Origin: Basidiobolus ranarum
Lineage: Eukaryota
Assembly (NCBI GenBank): GCA_040143965.1
Contig: JASJQH010000045.1
Location: forward strand, 1-38,998
Length of the DNA stretch: 38,998 nt
Direction: 5' to 3'
Part shown: positions 10,991 to 23,516 of the stretch, in pieces
Layout of the letters: every line of letters begins with the position of its first letter
How positions within the stretch are numbered: the stretch's first letter is position 1
Notes under the pieces: model-generated
Seen by the model: the letters and a program-made list of their open reading frames with translations, nothing else
Database searches by the model: none
Told to the model about the DNA's origin: nothing
Program-made: the position numbers and the translations under genes

Positions 10991-11983
10991 TTAAGAAAGG
11001 AATTTAAGAACCGATTCATACACCAAGAAGTTAATTGAATGTAAAGGAAAAGCGCGAACTAGGGTCGGAACCATTCCGGAGTAAAGACCACGAACTCCCG
11101 ACTGTGCTTTAACTTTTCTAAAGCAATCCCAAAATCCAGTGTACGTTTTCTTAGCGAAGAAAGCTTCTTTCTGAATTCGGGATTTTATCAGATCAATTGG
11201 AAATCCTACCAGCCAAGAGAATGTTCCACTACAACCACCAGCTAGAAGAAAAACAAGAGGAGAGGGAGAGAAATGAAATACGTCGAGTGCCGTATGCTTA
11301 AAAGTTTCGTAAAAACCGAAATAAAAGGCAGTACCAAGGCTGTCTCGAAGTGCATGAAGATGAGTGCTATTGTACATTGAAGGTAACCCGTGTGCACGTA
11401 GTAACCTAAGTCCACAAGAGAAAGTATTTTCATTCAAAGGAATGGATTTTGTTGAAGCGGCAATTACTCGTTGGAGTTGCATTTGGATCTTCATTAGTTC
11501 TAAGGGGGCACATATTAGACTAGTAATAAAACCAGAAGTTGCCCCTGCGCCAAGAATGCAAGGTAGTGTTTTATAGTAATTGGTTTTCGAATATTCCTCT
11601 ATTGTTGTATCTGTGGAGCCAAGGCAAAACTTACGGATTAACGTGCTCTTTCCCTCAACATAGACTGTGAAAGAAAATGCTTTAATCAAGGTCACACTTA
11701 CTAGCGGACTGGCAATTCCCCGCCAAAAAGCACCAAACCCCTCATTTTGAAGGACTAACCGAGCGCAAGCATTCATGGAGGGATAGTCCGCTGTTTGCAT
11801 ACGAGTTTTCAAGCAATCAAAAGGATATCCAACTAAGGTTCCAACCGTGCCTGAAGCACCTGCGGCAATGGCAGTCTTATAAGGCTTCAAGCTCGCTAAG
11901 AAAGAAGTGTTCGTGTTGAGGACATGATTATCAACTTCATTTGTGCTGGACTTCAACAAGAGTTGTTGTGAACTTTGACTCAT
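10991..11983 (-). CDS. Mitochondrial carrier (SLC25), amino-acid/carnitine/ornithine-type (Ymc/Crc1/Ort1-like)
   Basis: Intronless ORF, first ATG at 11983. Three signature motifs PFDCLKTR, PLELMKIQ and PIDLIKSR; contact points LRD and VRAFP are typical of amino-acid carriers. Confidence 0.92.
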   Translation of the reverse strand: MSQSSQQLLLKSSTNEVDNHVLNTNTSFLASLKPYKTAIAAGASGTVGTLVGYPFDCLKTRMQTADYPSMNACARLVLQNEGFGAFWRGIASPLVSVTLIKAFSFTVYVEGKSTLIRKFCLGSTDTTIEEYSKTNYYKTLPCILGAGATSGFITSLICAPLELMKIQMQLQRVIAASTKSIPLNENTFSCGLRLLRAHGLPSMYNSTHLHALRDSLGTAFYFGFYETFKHTALDVFHFSPSPLVFLLAGGCSGTFSWLVGFPIDLIKSRIQKEAFFAKKTYTGFWDCFRKVKAQSGVRGLYSGMVPTLVRAFPLHSINFLVYESVLKFLS

Positions 11984-12613
11984 ACTCAAGTGCGCTCTCT
12001 CTCAAAAGTAAAAGTTCAGTTATTCCTAAATAGCTTTAAGGTAACCCAGCTTAAAAGTGAAGTAGAATCGGTCTATAAAAAATCAAGGGTTTCTTAATAT
12101 GACAAGTAAAAAATGAATTTTCTACATTATTTATAATTAGTGGATTTGAGCGGGGAAGAACACGGAAATATTAGGAAGTACAGAATAAATTTGGTAAATC
12201 ACACTCAATTTATAATAGATTCCAACTATTCTATAAATATATATATTCACTCATGAGCTTATCTAAACCGAGAGTTTATCCGCTTACAACAAACTGGTAA
12301 AAAGGAGAGAAATGTTGGCTTAAAACCGAATCCAATCTCTAGTGACACACTTGTATCAAATGGCAAGGAAATGTAAGGATAAGATTACTACGACAATGTA
12401 TCTGTTGTCCGCTAATGGATATTTTACCATTGCTAGTTCTTCCTATACCGAAGATGCTTCTGTTTCTACTACACGTTTATTGATGCGTATGACTAGAGAA
12501 TGTCACAGGTTGTACAATGGTGAATGTTTCTGAAAAATGGTATGTAAATGATGTAGGCATTGAGGGTATGATTGAAATGAAATGATGGTGTCTATACACT
12601 AGCATAATTCACA

Positions 12614-13867
12614 TTAGCTAGCTTTTTCATGCTCGCGGAAGTATTTCGACATGTTCTCATAGACAGCGAAGGTTACACAGGTTCCTGGTAGCACACGAAT
12701 GGTATTTGGCCCTAATCCTTTGTAGAAGCCAGACATGCCTTCCGACCTGTATCACAGTCAACTAATTGATTTCTCAAAATTAAAAGTATTGCTCTACTAA
12801 CCGGAAGATCTTGGAAATGGTATCAATGGTTCCAGTGTATTGTGCTTCAGCTTGGTAGTTCTAAAAAATTCTTTAGTATTCAATCTCAACACTGCTAGAC
12901 AAATATTTGTACCTGTAAGCGAGTTTTAACCACTTGATAAGGGTATGTAGATACACTTGCAAACACTTTGGAAGCAACAGCCATAAGGATATATTCATAT
13001 GTGTCCTGTTTACAAATGATTAATATTTCCTTCAGAAGTGTTGAACAGCACAAACGTTACCAATTTGTTTTTATCTTTAGTTGGGTCGTGTTCAGCACGC
13101 CACTTTTTCATTTCTTCATAAGCCATGAATTGAAGAGCACCATGGGAAACGCCAAATAGTGCAGGGACGATACCACGATAAAGTCCACGAAACCCTTCGT
13201 TTTTGGCAATCTGATAAAGACCATCTAAAGCGACAAATTAGTAAACAGAATGAAATTCTCTGCAGTCACGTAGAGATGCTCGTACCAAATAATCCATTAT
13301 ACGCTTGTTTGTAACTTTTTCCGGTTGCTAACATGCGGGTTTTGACTACCCATATAGGATTCGTGCACAAGCTGGTGACGGCACCTTGAGATACAAAATG
13401 AGTTATAAAGATCATACTGATCATAGGTAGAAAGATCTACCTGCTTCAGCAGCGGCTATCAAATGTTGGCCAGCTGAGAGTTTGGCTTCGCTGCCGTTTG
13501 ACATCTGTTTCTTAAAAACACTATACCAGTAAAAGTAGAAGCCCCAGCTAAGGGTCGCTCCAGCCAAGTTAGGTGATAAACCGCGATATAAACTAGAGAT
13601 TCCATCTTCAAGTATAATGAGTTTGGTAGCTTTAATAGCACGGCCAACAATTGGTTTTCGAAGCTCTTTTGGCGATGAGTCCACTAATTAAAAATAAAAC
13701 GAAAGTTGAGGGAAATGAAAATCAAAGTTGTATCCATTTCAATAGTTACCTTGTAACCTAGTTTTAATCACGTCTAGCGGATGTACGACAATAGTTGTAA
13801 CAGCACCAGCGGTGAGACCAGCAACCGCTTGGTCTATAGCCGGAAATCCAGAGAAAGACTTGGACAT
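12614..13867 (-). CDS. FLX1: Mitochondrial FAD/folate carrier (Flx1/SLC25A32-like)
   Basis: Seven exons. [11 protein letters not shown]...[22 protein letters not shown]...[74 protein letters not shown]. Confidence 0.9.
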
Positions 13868-14136
13868 TAATGTTAGAGAATAGAAAATATGATTTAGACT
13901 ACGCTTGTTAGACTCGATGGGAATATCCAGTCCGAGTATTGATCTTATACCTTCTCAAACCAAAATCAAGATTATCTCACAATGAAGTGAGAAAGATTGT
14001 ACAGATGATTAATCGAAATATGTAGATTTTGAATAGGGAAGAGTTGATCGCAGTCACGTTCAAAAAAAAAGACCACGTGATTGTATAAAATACTAAGAGA
14101 ATGAAGAAACGATCAATACTATCAATCTCTACCACA

Positions 14137-15833
14137 ATGGACACTATATTTGACTCTTTGGAAGGTCCCCCCTTAAAAACACCACCCACTCTTCATCAAA
14201 TAACTGAGCGAGTACTCACAAATTGGAGGAGTTGTACGTACGACATTTAGCTATTGATTTTTCTCCATATATCTTGTTCCACACTCAAACACTTTTTCTC
14301 CGGCTACTGAAGCCATTGATGACTTAGGAGATGTACCATATTATCTTATATATCCAGTTTTGAAAGAATGCTCTGCTTCTCAACTTGCACATATAGAGCA
14401 GTTTAATCCAGTAAGTTCAAATTCTTCCTTCTCCTTAAAACATCACGAACTCAACCTTTTTTGTAACCTAGGAAATTGTTGAAGAGGATGATGGTTGGTT
14501 TACTCAAACATTCTGGCTTTTCTACCGTATCTCTAAAACCCCGCTTCCTTCGTTTGGATATTATTTTCAGAACTTTGGAAACCACTTTGCTTAAAAGATT
14601 TTTTTGAGGTTCGACAGGAATACGAGTCAAACACCCTTCCTACCGTTATTTCATGGAGAGATTTATACATGGTATGCATAGTTATGCTCATTAATATATA
14701 CGATATTTTCTTCTGGCTTACTCTCTACATAAGGAACATGAACACAAAAAAAACCTAAAATTCGAACAATGGAGTAAGAAATTAAAGGAAAGATATGCAC
14801 AAGTGCATAACCAGAAGAAGCATACGATATATACCGAAGATGTACCACCACCTCCTAGAGGAATGTCCTCAGGGTGGGCTTCCTTTGGTCCCCGAAAAAC
14901 CACTCGTGGGTTTTCAATTGCGGCAAAAGCCCGGGCAGAAACCAGACATATATCTTCTATATACAAATCCAATACGAATCCGAATTCCGGCTATCGTCGA
15001 CGTAAAGATACAACCATTGGAAATTCTTTTTCTAACGGCTCTTTGCGAGCCAAATCTGAATCACCACTAACATCTAGGTATGGATCAAAACCCATTATCG
15101 GCCGCTCTCCTCAAGGTTCAAGTCAATCACCTCCATCGGAGAAAATCCTGAGAAAGGTACACCCCGACATCAAGAATATAGAGAGGAAACAATGTAACGA
15201 AATCAAAGCCCCAATCTTCACTCAAAATGCTTCAAAGCTACATACTTCTGAGTCGATATTTAAGAACAATCCCACTTCAACGCCAGTTACTAGCAAAGTA
15301 TTTTCATCCAGTTGGAATTCATATCAATCCTCCATTTCAGAAGGGAATTTTAAACGAGCAAAAACTGACACCTCGGTTATTCGCAAAATCCGTAGTGAGA
15401 CTCGTAATCAACCCTACACACCAGCCTCATCATCACGCTCACCACCTTATCAATCAACACCTTACAATCGATCCAAAACCACCACAACGAGAGCATACTC
15501 CCCCACCTACAACTCCAGTACGATCAAAACCAAGTCACCGAAATCCCCAAGTTCATCAAGTAATATATTACTCTAGCCATATAGATTGGAGGCAACAGTA
15601 TACTTATCTTCTACTTCCCTTCCTCAAACAGATCAAATAGGAAATAACAATGGACATACTCAAGAACCTGGATCTAACTCGTGGTGTAGCCCCGAAGTGG
15701 ATGCCTCCTTCTTTGCAATGGTAACGCTTGAAGCATTTGTCTTTACTTTCTCATTAATTACGTAATCTAATTGTTCATTTGATAGTTGCATGGGAAAAAG
15801 CCACCCAAAAAACTCCGAGGAAACTCTGATTAA
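14137..15833 (+). CDS. ELA1: Elongin A (RNA Pol II factor SIII subunit A / Ela1-like) with a long basic S/T-rich tail
   Basis: Exons 14137-14233, 14313-14410, 14472-14493, 14571-14671 and 14734-15559, then probably 15632 (or 15641)-15720 and 15786-15833. Elongin A domain PTLHQITERVL...IDDLGDVPYYLIYPVLKECSASQLAHIEQFNP...ELWKPLCLKDF...SWRDLY. If the last introns are not spliced, the stop is at 15576. Confidence 0.82.
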
Positions 15834-16438
15834 ATATTCACTTTCGGTCATGGTTTAACGATCAGTTGAGAATAGATATTCACTGGTAAAGCCGAAGATT
15901 TAGATGATACGAATTAGCATGGTTAGACACTAATATAAGTCATCCTTCCAAGTGTGAAGAAATTTTGCTCCTATTTTTACGATTGGATTTTTTGCAACCT
16001 GAACTTTTCATCAAGTATGTTCTTTCCATCCGAATCTAATGACGATGTAAATATTGAGGCTAGCGAAGCAATAATCAATTGTCGGAACTATCGCCAAGGT
16101 TGAACTTGTAAGTCATTGAAATGATATCAATGGATGTAGGTCTTCATAATGCTAGGATTAATGATGCTTTATGGTCAAGCGTATGGTAGTAAATATCCCA
16201 TATGGACAATTCCAACATCACTTACATATTTAAAAATGGTTTGTTGTTAAGCTGAAGGATCTTCCAATAAATCCGTAGTGTTATACGAAAATCAATATCT
16301 TCTTTTTTTATTCAAAATGGTCCTTTTTTCTATACACTCAAAAGCCTAGAATATCCAAGGGAATGTCTTTGTGGATATTCGAATTAAATACACTGATTAT
16401 CTTCAATATACGTCAGTTGGGCAAGAACGAGAATATTC

Positions 16439-19299
16439 CTACTCAGGTCTCAGAGTAAGAACCAAGGCAGTACGAGTTGGAATATAGACCTAGAGTAAAC
16501 GAAGCAGAGCTGGTTAGTAATGATTGGGAAAATCAATCTCCGATGGAATATACCTGGATATATTGTGGTCGGCCATGACGTTCACCAGGAATAGAGAAAT
16601 ATACTTGGTGAGGCTCAACTCGGTTATGGCCTTCAAATCTAGCATCGTCGGTGTTTAAAACAATCTTGTAACTGTTAAGGAATGGGGTTAGTAAACGTTC
16701 CAATCAAATGTTCAGCTAGATTACAACCCATTACCTGCCAGCTGACCCTGTACCAACTTGATAATCAACATGACTTTTGGTTGGATGAAAATTAAAGATC
16801 CACAATAGACCGCCACGCTCAAATGCAATTACTTTGTCGTCTTCATGAGCGAGGTAGATCCAAGCTTGTGGTGATTTCAACCATTTGTACTCCTGCTCTG
16901 CTAGATTCATCGCACGATCAAATTCATTTAGCTTACTGTAACGAAGTAAACTATCTTGTGCAAGGTTAAATTGACGGCGGGCGTAATGGTAGTTGTAGTT
17001 GTTTCCTTCACGAGGAAAATCTAACCATTCGGGATGACCGAACTCGTTGCCTTCGAAATTTAGATAACCTTCACCACCAAGCCCTTGTGTAATAAGTCTG
17101 TAGGAAACGAGTTAATAGTGTACAAAGGGAATCCAGCAATAAAAGCTTCGTCTACCTAATCATTTTATGCAATGAAAGTCCACGGTCAATAACTGTGGTC
17201 ATAGGGCTTTGGATAGACATATTTTGGTACATTTCCTGATCCATTAGCCAAAATGCAATTGTCTTGCTACCCACAAGGGCCTGGTCATGGGACTCACAAT
17301 AAGCTATAGTTTTTTCCTATTTTGAAATAGATTAGAAGATCATACGACAGCTATATAGGCGACTAATTACATGTACTATACCAAGTCACGTCTATTTGTC
17401 AGGTTATGCACGATATAGCCCATATTCCAGCTTTCATCCTTTTAATCTCTTGTCAATATCAAGTCAGCTAAGAAGAAAGTACGACCCATTCTTACCGAAT
17501 ATTCTTTCAATAATTTCACCCACATCTCCGGGATAGCCATGGCAAGACGTTGATCGAACCCAATACCACCCTCTTCGATTATTCGGCACAGACCAGGCAT
17601 TCCAGAGGCATCTATAATCATTGATTTCATCAACAGGCTAGTCCAAGGAGTCAGATGCAAAAAGAAGCTTACCTTCAGCAATGGTGATAATATTGGGGAA
17701 GATATTGTGAAGCATTCCGTTTGTCTGCATGTTCGTAGGATTAGAAAACATCCAATTGCCAGGGTACAAGGAAAGTATGCATTACCAGCATTAAATACAA
17801 GATACCATCGTCGTCAGTTTGCTCGTTAAAATATTCGGCATAGTTGCCAGTAAACCCAACCCCAATTCCGTGATGGTGGAACATCATGGAGGTAACTGCG
17901 TCAAAACGAAATCCATCAAAGCGGTACTCTGATGCATAAAAGCGTACATTCGAAAGTAAGAATCGTTGAACTTCCAATTCTCCATAATTAAATAGTCGAC
18001 TATTTGACAAGATCAATATTGGTTATACCAGCAATAAATTTACTCGACAGATTCTCACCTATTCCAAATAGGATGGTAACCGCGATCTCCGCTATGAAAA
18101 TAACACTGATCAGTTCCATCGAATTTATTCAAACCGTCGCTGACATTGCTACTTGCGTGTGAATGCACGATGTCCAAAAACACATATAGCCCTAACCCAT
18201 GGGCTGTGTCTATTAACCGTTTCAAATCTTCGGGGGTCCCTATTGTCGAGGTTTAGAAATGGCAAATGAGGAAGAATAACGGATTATACTATAACTAACC
18301 GAATCGGCTTGAAACAGCAAAGAAATTGGTAACTTGATATCCAAAGCTAGCATAATATGCATGCTCCATAATTCCCATTAGCTGAACAGTGTTATATCCC
18401 AGTCTGGCGATGTGGGGCAAGACATTCTCAGTGAATTCGTTGTAGCTAGCTATTTTAGGCTCTGGTGAGGATATACCAACTATTTACAAACACACAGAAT
18501 TAATCAAAAGAGTGAGCAATCGAAGGTCAAGATGGATCCAACCAACCATGAGCTTCATATATCTTAAGGTTCTCCGGCTTGGAAGGTGCAGCGTTTCTCC
18601 ATTCGTAAGGTTTCTCTGGATGCCAAAAAACACCACTATATGTGGAGTTAATATCAGATTCGGGGACAGCCCGTCTAATCCAAGCAGGGATTCGATCTAT
18701 CACTTCTCCCTCAGGAGTGGTCATTGAAATCTAAAAGAGTCTTCAGTAACAAATTGATTTGATAGAAAGCGACATGATAGTTACCTTCACTTTACTATTA
18801 TGAGGAATGCCTAGACCTCCGTCCGAGCGATGAGGAATGAGAGTTTCCCAGACGTTGGACTCATTTCTTTTCATAGGATTTGCGTTTCGGTTCCAGTTAT
18901 CTAGTGAAATAGTTGTTAGACATGCATCAGCTATTTAAAAGTAGTCACAATACATACTGAAGTCACCAATCAAGCTCGCACTTGTAACGTTTGGGGCCCA
19001 TTCCCTATAGATAATACCCTCTGAAACCACGTTGAAGCCAAATTTTTCGTAGCCACGGGTGAAATGGTCCCAACCACCTTCGTAGTTGTCGATGTTTTCG
19101 CACAGCTCTCGATATCGTAGATATCTGAAGCGATAATAAGTTCAGATCCTTATTCACATTGATTGCACCTATACTTTAAATGATTCAGTTACCTGCGATG
19201 CATTATTGGAGCATAGGGTTTTAACCAAGGGTCTTGAAAAGCCATAGATGTCCCGGCTGGATATCCGTCATTTCTTGATCTAAAAACACAACCTTCCAT
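16439..19299 (-). CDS. GLC3: 1,4-alpha-glucan (glycogen) branching enzyme, GH13
   Basis: About 14 exons. [32 protein letters not shown], catalytic regions [21 protein letters not shown] and [28 protein letters not shown]; ends [16 protein letters not shown]. Confidence 0.97.
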
Positions 19300-20006
19300 A
19301 GTAGTTCCAAATTCAACAACTTAAAAGGCACTAGGTACACGAAAAACCTATTGAGAGAGTGAGAAGCGGTGATACACCCTTGGAACAAAGAGTTGTCGTG
19401 AAATAATATCGAATGATAATTACGTGAAAAATTACAAATAGCCGAGCATAGCAGGTGTACATTTATGGCCTACGTTTCCATCACCAATGGCCATCAACAA
19501 AATAGTACATTTGTTAATCATGATGCCGATCTTCCAAGAATTAGGATGTTTTAGTATAGTTACGTCACAATTGGAGGCCTACACAACGCGTTCACTGAAG
19601 AATTCAGGCCATAATGGGAGTCATTGAAATGGGTGCAAGTAATCGGTTAGAAGAGATACTACATCCTAGCGTCTCCCCATTGGCTACTAATGAGAACATG
19701 ACCTCAAGCGCTTGGATAGCAAATAATAGATACCTTGTACATGCGAACAGATGGTAGTAGTATACTTACGATACGTATCTGTAACCAAGCTTATATCATA
19801 CTTGTCGATATTTCTTACCGCTAAAATGTGGGAATCTGGCTTGCTTATTGATGGTCAGAATGGATTGCCGAATCTATTGCCGGAATTTACTACCGAATAG
19901 TTCCAACGAAAATAAAAAATCAGATCATACCAATTTTTTTCTACCATCATTAAGGTTGCAGTGTGCGCTTTCGCTAGCGGTTAGACAACTCTCCACCCTT
20001 CGCAAT

Positions 20007-20927
20007 ATGTTTTATATAGTTGGTCTTGGTCTTTCTGATGAACGTGATATCACGGTTAAAGGGCTTGAAGCTGTCAAGTCTTGCCAAAGAGTATATCTCG
20101 AAGCTTACACCAGTATCTTGATGGTGGAGAAAGAAAAGCTGGTACTTCTATTTACAAATATTTACAAAGTAGAAGTGAATTGAACATGAACTGAATTTCC
20201 CATTTTTCAGGAAAAATATTATGGCTGTGAAGTAGTTATTGCTGATCGTGAGATGGTTGAAACCGAAAGCGATGCTATCCTAGCTGATGCCGATAAGATC
20301 AATGTCGCTTTCTTAGTAGTCGGCGATCCATATGGTGCTACCACACACACTGATCTTTATCTCCGTGCTCGTGAGCTCAACATTCCTGTCAAAGTCATTC
20401 ATAACGCTTCTATTATGAATGCTATCGGCGCCTGCGGCTTACAACTCTACAACTATGGCCAAACTATATCTATGGTGTTCTTCACCGATACCTGGCGTCC
20501 AGATAGTTTCTACGACAAAATCAAAGAAAATAGAGATATCGGTCTACATACTTTGTGTTTGCTAGATATTAAGGTCAAAGAGCAAAGTATTGAGAATATG
20601 GCTCGTGGCCGCCTGATTTATGAACCTCCTAGATATATGACTGTAAATCAAGCTGTAGAGCAGCTGATTGAAATCGAAGACAAACGTCAAGAAGGTGTAT
20701 ATCATCGTGAGACTATCGGTGTTGGTATCGCCCGCGTTGGTTCAGATGATCAAGTCATCAAATCTGGTACATTAGAGCAACTTATCACTGCTGATTTTGG
20801 TGCACCTCTTCACTCCCTCGTTCTTGCTGGTGATCGTATGCATTTCTTGGAAGCCGATATGCTCCGTCAATTTGCTATTGATAAGGATGTCTTTGACGAA
20901 GTTGTTGCCAAGCACTACAAAATCTGA
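20007..20927 (+). CDS. DPH5: Diphthine methyl ester synthase
   Basis: [21 protein letters not shown]...YLEAYTS; intron 20142-20210; [35 protein letters not shown]. Confidence 0.97.
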
Positions 20928-21276
20928 TTCAGGATCTTATTATACAAATAATTACTATATAGATAGCAACAGTCGTCGCTGGAATGGTCATCATTCGTTG
21001 TCCACAACATCTGGAGGAGTTTACTCCTCTACTTTATATAAATCATTACCAGTTAAAACAATCTATATTGAGAGTTAGATTTCACATGGACATGTTACAG
21101 GTCTAAAACTAGGTTTGGTTTATTACTAGGTTTATTGCTATACAGTCCGGATTACTATATCGATATATGCTGGATTTATATTGTTAATGTACAACTTGAT
21201 GCAGGAAGTATTTAGAAACGATCCTTATCATGTTAAACAATTAGATGGATGTTATTAAGTATACAATTCAATACAA

Positions 21277-23516
21277 TTAGATATTATATAGGGCATTTAA
21301 GCCTTGAATGCTTTTACAAACTGCAATCCAGGATCCACTTCCATAATGAAGACGGCCTTGCTCTATCAATCGTCGCTCGTACATCAGTAACTCGTAAATA
21401 AAACGGAGGTTGGGTTGGATTATGACAGCCATGCGTCTAGCTCTTGTCATCAGATAGGCTTCTGAGAAGGTTTTTTTTAACGTTTTCATAAGGTACGCAA
21501 TCACGATAGTAGCCGAACGGGATACACCAACTCTACAATGTACCAAAACCTTTTTCTGCGCTAATCGTGCTGATTCTAAATATACAAATTAACAAAATGA
21601 ATCAGCTCGATCTTTGATATCATCAAAGTATGCTCAGCTAGTACCTATGAATTCCACACACTGGTCTATATGTGGCATCAATGTATCGACACCATCGTCT
21701 AGAAGATTCTTCAAGTGTAGGATTTCGAATTCGCGAGTTGACTGCTTCGTGTTTTCACCTGCACTAAGAATATGTGAAATTCCAAGTAATTTTAGAAGAT
21801 CAGGGTTGGTAGCATGATTTAAATCCCCAAGATACAAATGAGGTGAAATTCTCGAGGGAAAGGAGCCTAAGCATCGAAATCATGAATATTCAACATGACG
21901 CATACTTTCTGACTATTTGAAAACTACCTTTGAACCTGGAATTATAAAACCAACTAGAACCTATTTCTTTAGCCGCTAATAGGTCTTTTTGAAATATCTT
22001 CTCGTGAGAGTTATGGTACTGGTTTTCTTTGTTTTTTTCATTATTGTTAAGCGGGAGTTTTAGATTTTGGTATTTGTTTTCTGCTTCAAGAGTAGCCCAT
22101 ACTAAATCTTCAACACACATCAAAAGCTCCAAATTATGATGAGCTACGGAAAAACTTCTCTTTGCTTGAAAAACAAAGTACGCTTGAGTCAGGGTTAACC
22201 GATGGCGAAACATTAAATACGTGAGCGCTACAATGGATGTTTCGGAATACCCATCTCCACAGTAGAGTAGAATGCGTCGACCTTGATCTGCCTGGTTTTT
22301 CATGAATTGAACAACATTCAAGATTTTTGTGGTGACTAACTCAATTGATTCAGAGGCATAAGATATCCCAACTCCAATTCGAGCATAAACTGTTGGGCCA
22401 GACAAGTTACTATTTTCCTGAGGTGGGGTTTTGGCAAGTTTTGCGGCCAATATTTTAAATGCTGAGGTGCCTGGATATTCTGTAAACTCTGAAGCTTCAA
22501 GGCATATTGAGAAATCATGAGGATTACTAGAAACAGGATTAAATATTTCTGGGACAATATAGAGCTCATCAGGTTTACTACATGGTACATCTTTAGCATT
22601 GCCAACCTATATTTGAACAAAATTTGAAACTGAATCTCAAGTAAAAATAAAAGTTTTAATTATCTACCCAAACATTAGGTGCTATTTCACTTGCGTGAGT
22701 GAATGCTTGGCATTCTTCTCTTTCTTTCAACCAATAATTAGTATAATTTTTTACATGCCCTTGAGGATCTAAAGCAACTAGGTTCGGCAGTAAAGCTTCA
22801 ATTTTCGAAAAGGGTTCTATAACAAAGGTAATGATTAGAAATTCTAGGTTAAGAGCTAGTAATAATTAAAGAGTTAGCTTACCAGTCACCACATATGTAT
22901 TATAAGTCAGGCCGTTGTCTCCTTTGCTAGCCTTTCTTCTTCGTGCAGTATTCAATTGAGCCATTGAGACCTTCTTGGCTATATCCAAAGCTGAATCGTC
23001 TCCTTCAGTACTATAAACTATTATATCTGATATAGAAGCATATCGAGCAGGTTGGCTCGCAAAATTTCTAAGATTTATGGTTCTTGCATTTGTGACTAGG
23101 TTTTGTGGAGCCAGAAAAGTCCAGTCAGAAAGTTGTTCAGGTGAAGGAGGCGTGCTTGAGGTTATAATCTCTTCGAATAAAACAGAACCTGAGAGTCGAT
23201 GTTTTGTGACCTCTTTGGAACTATGAAGGAGTACTAATCCTCGATAGTGTGGAACATCTGGTTGACTTAGTTTGAAAAGTTTTGCTTGCTCATACTCAGC
23301 CAAGTCGATAGAGTGTAGCCAAGGGAAAAGGATGTCGACAGGTGGAGGTTGTGAGACATATGAATTGTAAAGGTTTACCAGATCCTCAGTGTTAATCTTA
23401 TGGACGGGTGGTTCATTGCAAAATAAAGGATATTGTCCAGGAATGGGAGAAAAAGTAGAATTGCTTTTTAAATCATAATTGCGAGGTTTGGGAGCAACTT
23501 CAGAAGTGGTGACCAT
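21277..23516 (-). CDS. PPS1: Pps1-like dual-specificity protein phosphatase
   Basis: Five exons. LFPWLH and INLRNF motifs, degenerate first DSP loop YCGDGYSETS, GSFPSRISPHLYLGDLNHA, active loop VHCRVGVSRSAT, IIQPNLRFIYEL. Confidence 0.9.

Noticed and set aside
15660..15851. 63-aa minus-strand ATG ORF
   Set aside because: It overlaps the inferred last exons and intron of Elongin A on the opposite strand and has no recognisable motif.
16672..16734. Perfect U12-type branch sequence TTCCTTAAC (minus strand, 16674-16682) in a GLC3 intron
   Set aside because: It directly abuts the AG, the donor is U2-type GTAATG, and a TACTAAC lies upstream. I found no RTATCCT donor in any intron.
21867..21927. 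PPS1 intron start and the next exon both encode GSF, suggesting intron gain by duplication
   Set aside because: The nucleotide match is too short (ggtagtttt versus ggctccttt) to exceed chance.
22235..22275. Degenerate phosphatase loop YCGDGYSETS
   Set aside because: An expected feature of the N-terminal pseudo-domain of Pps1-family proteins, not novel.
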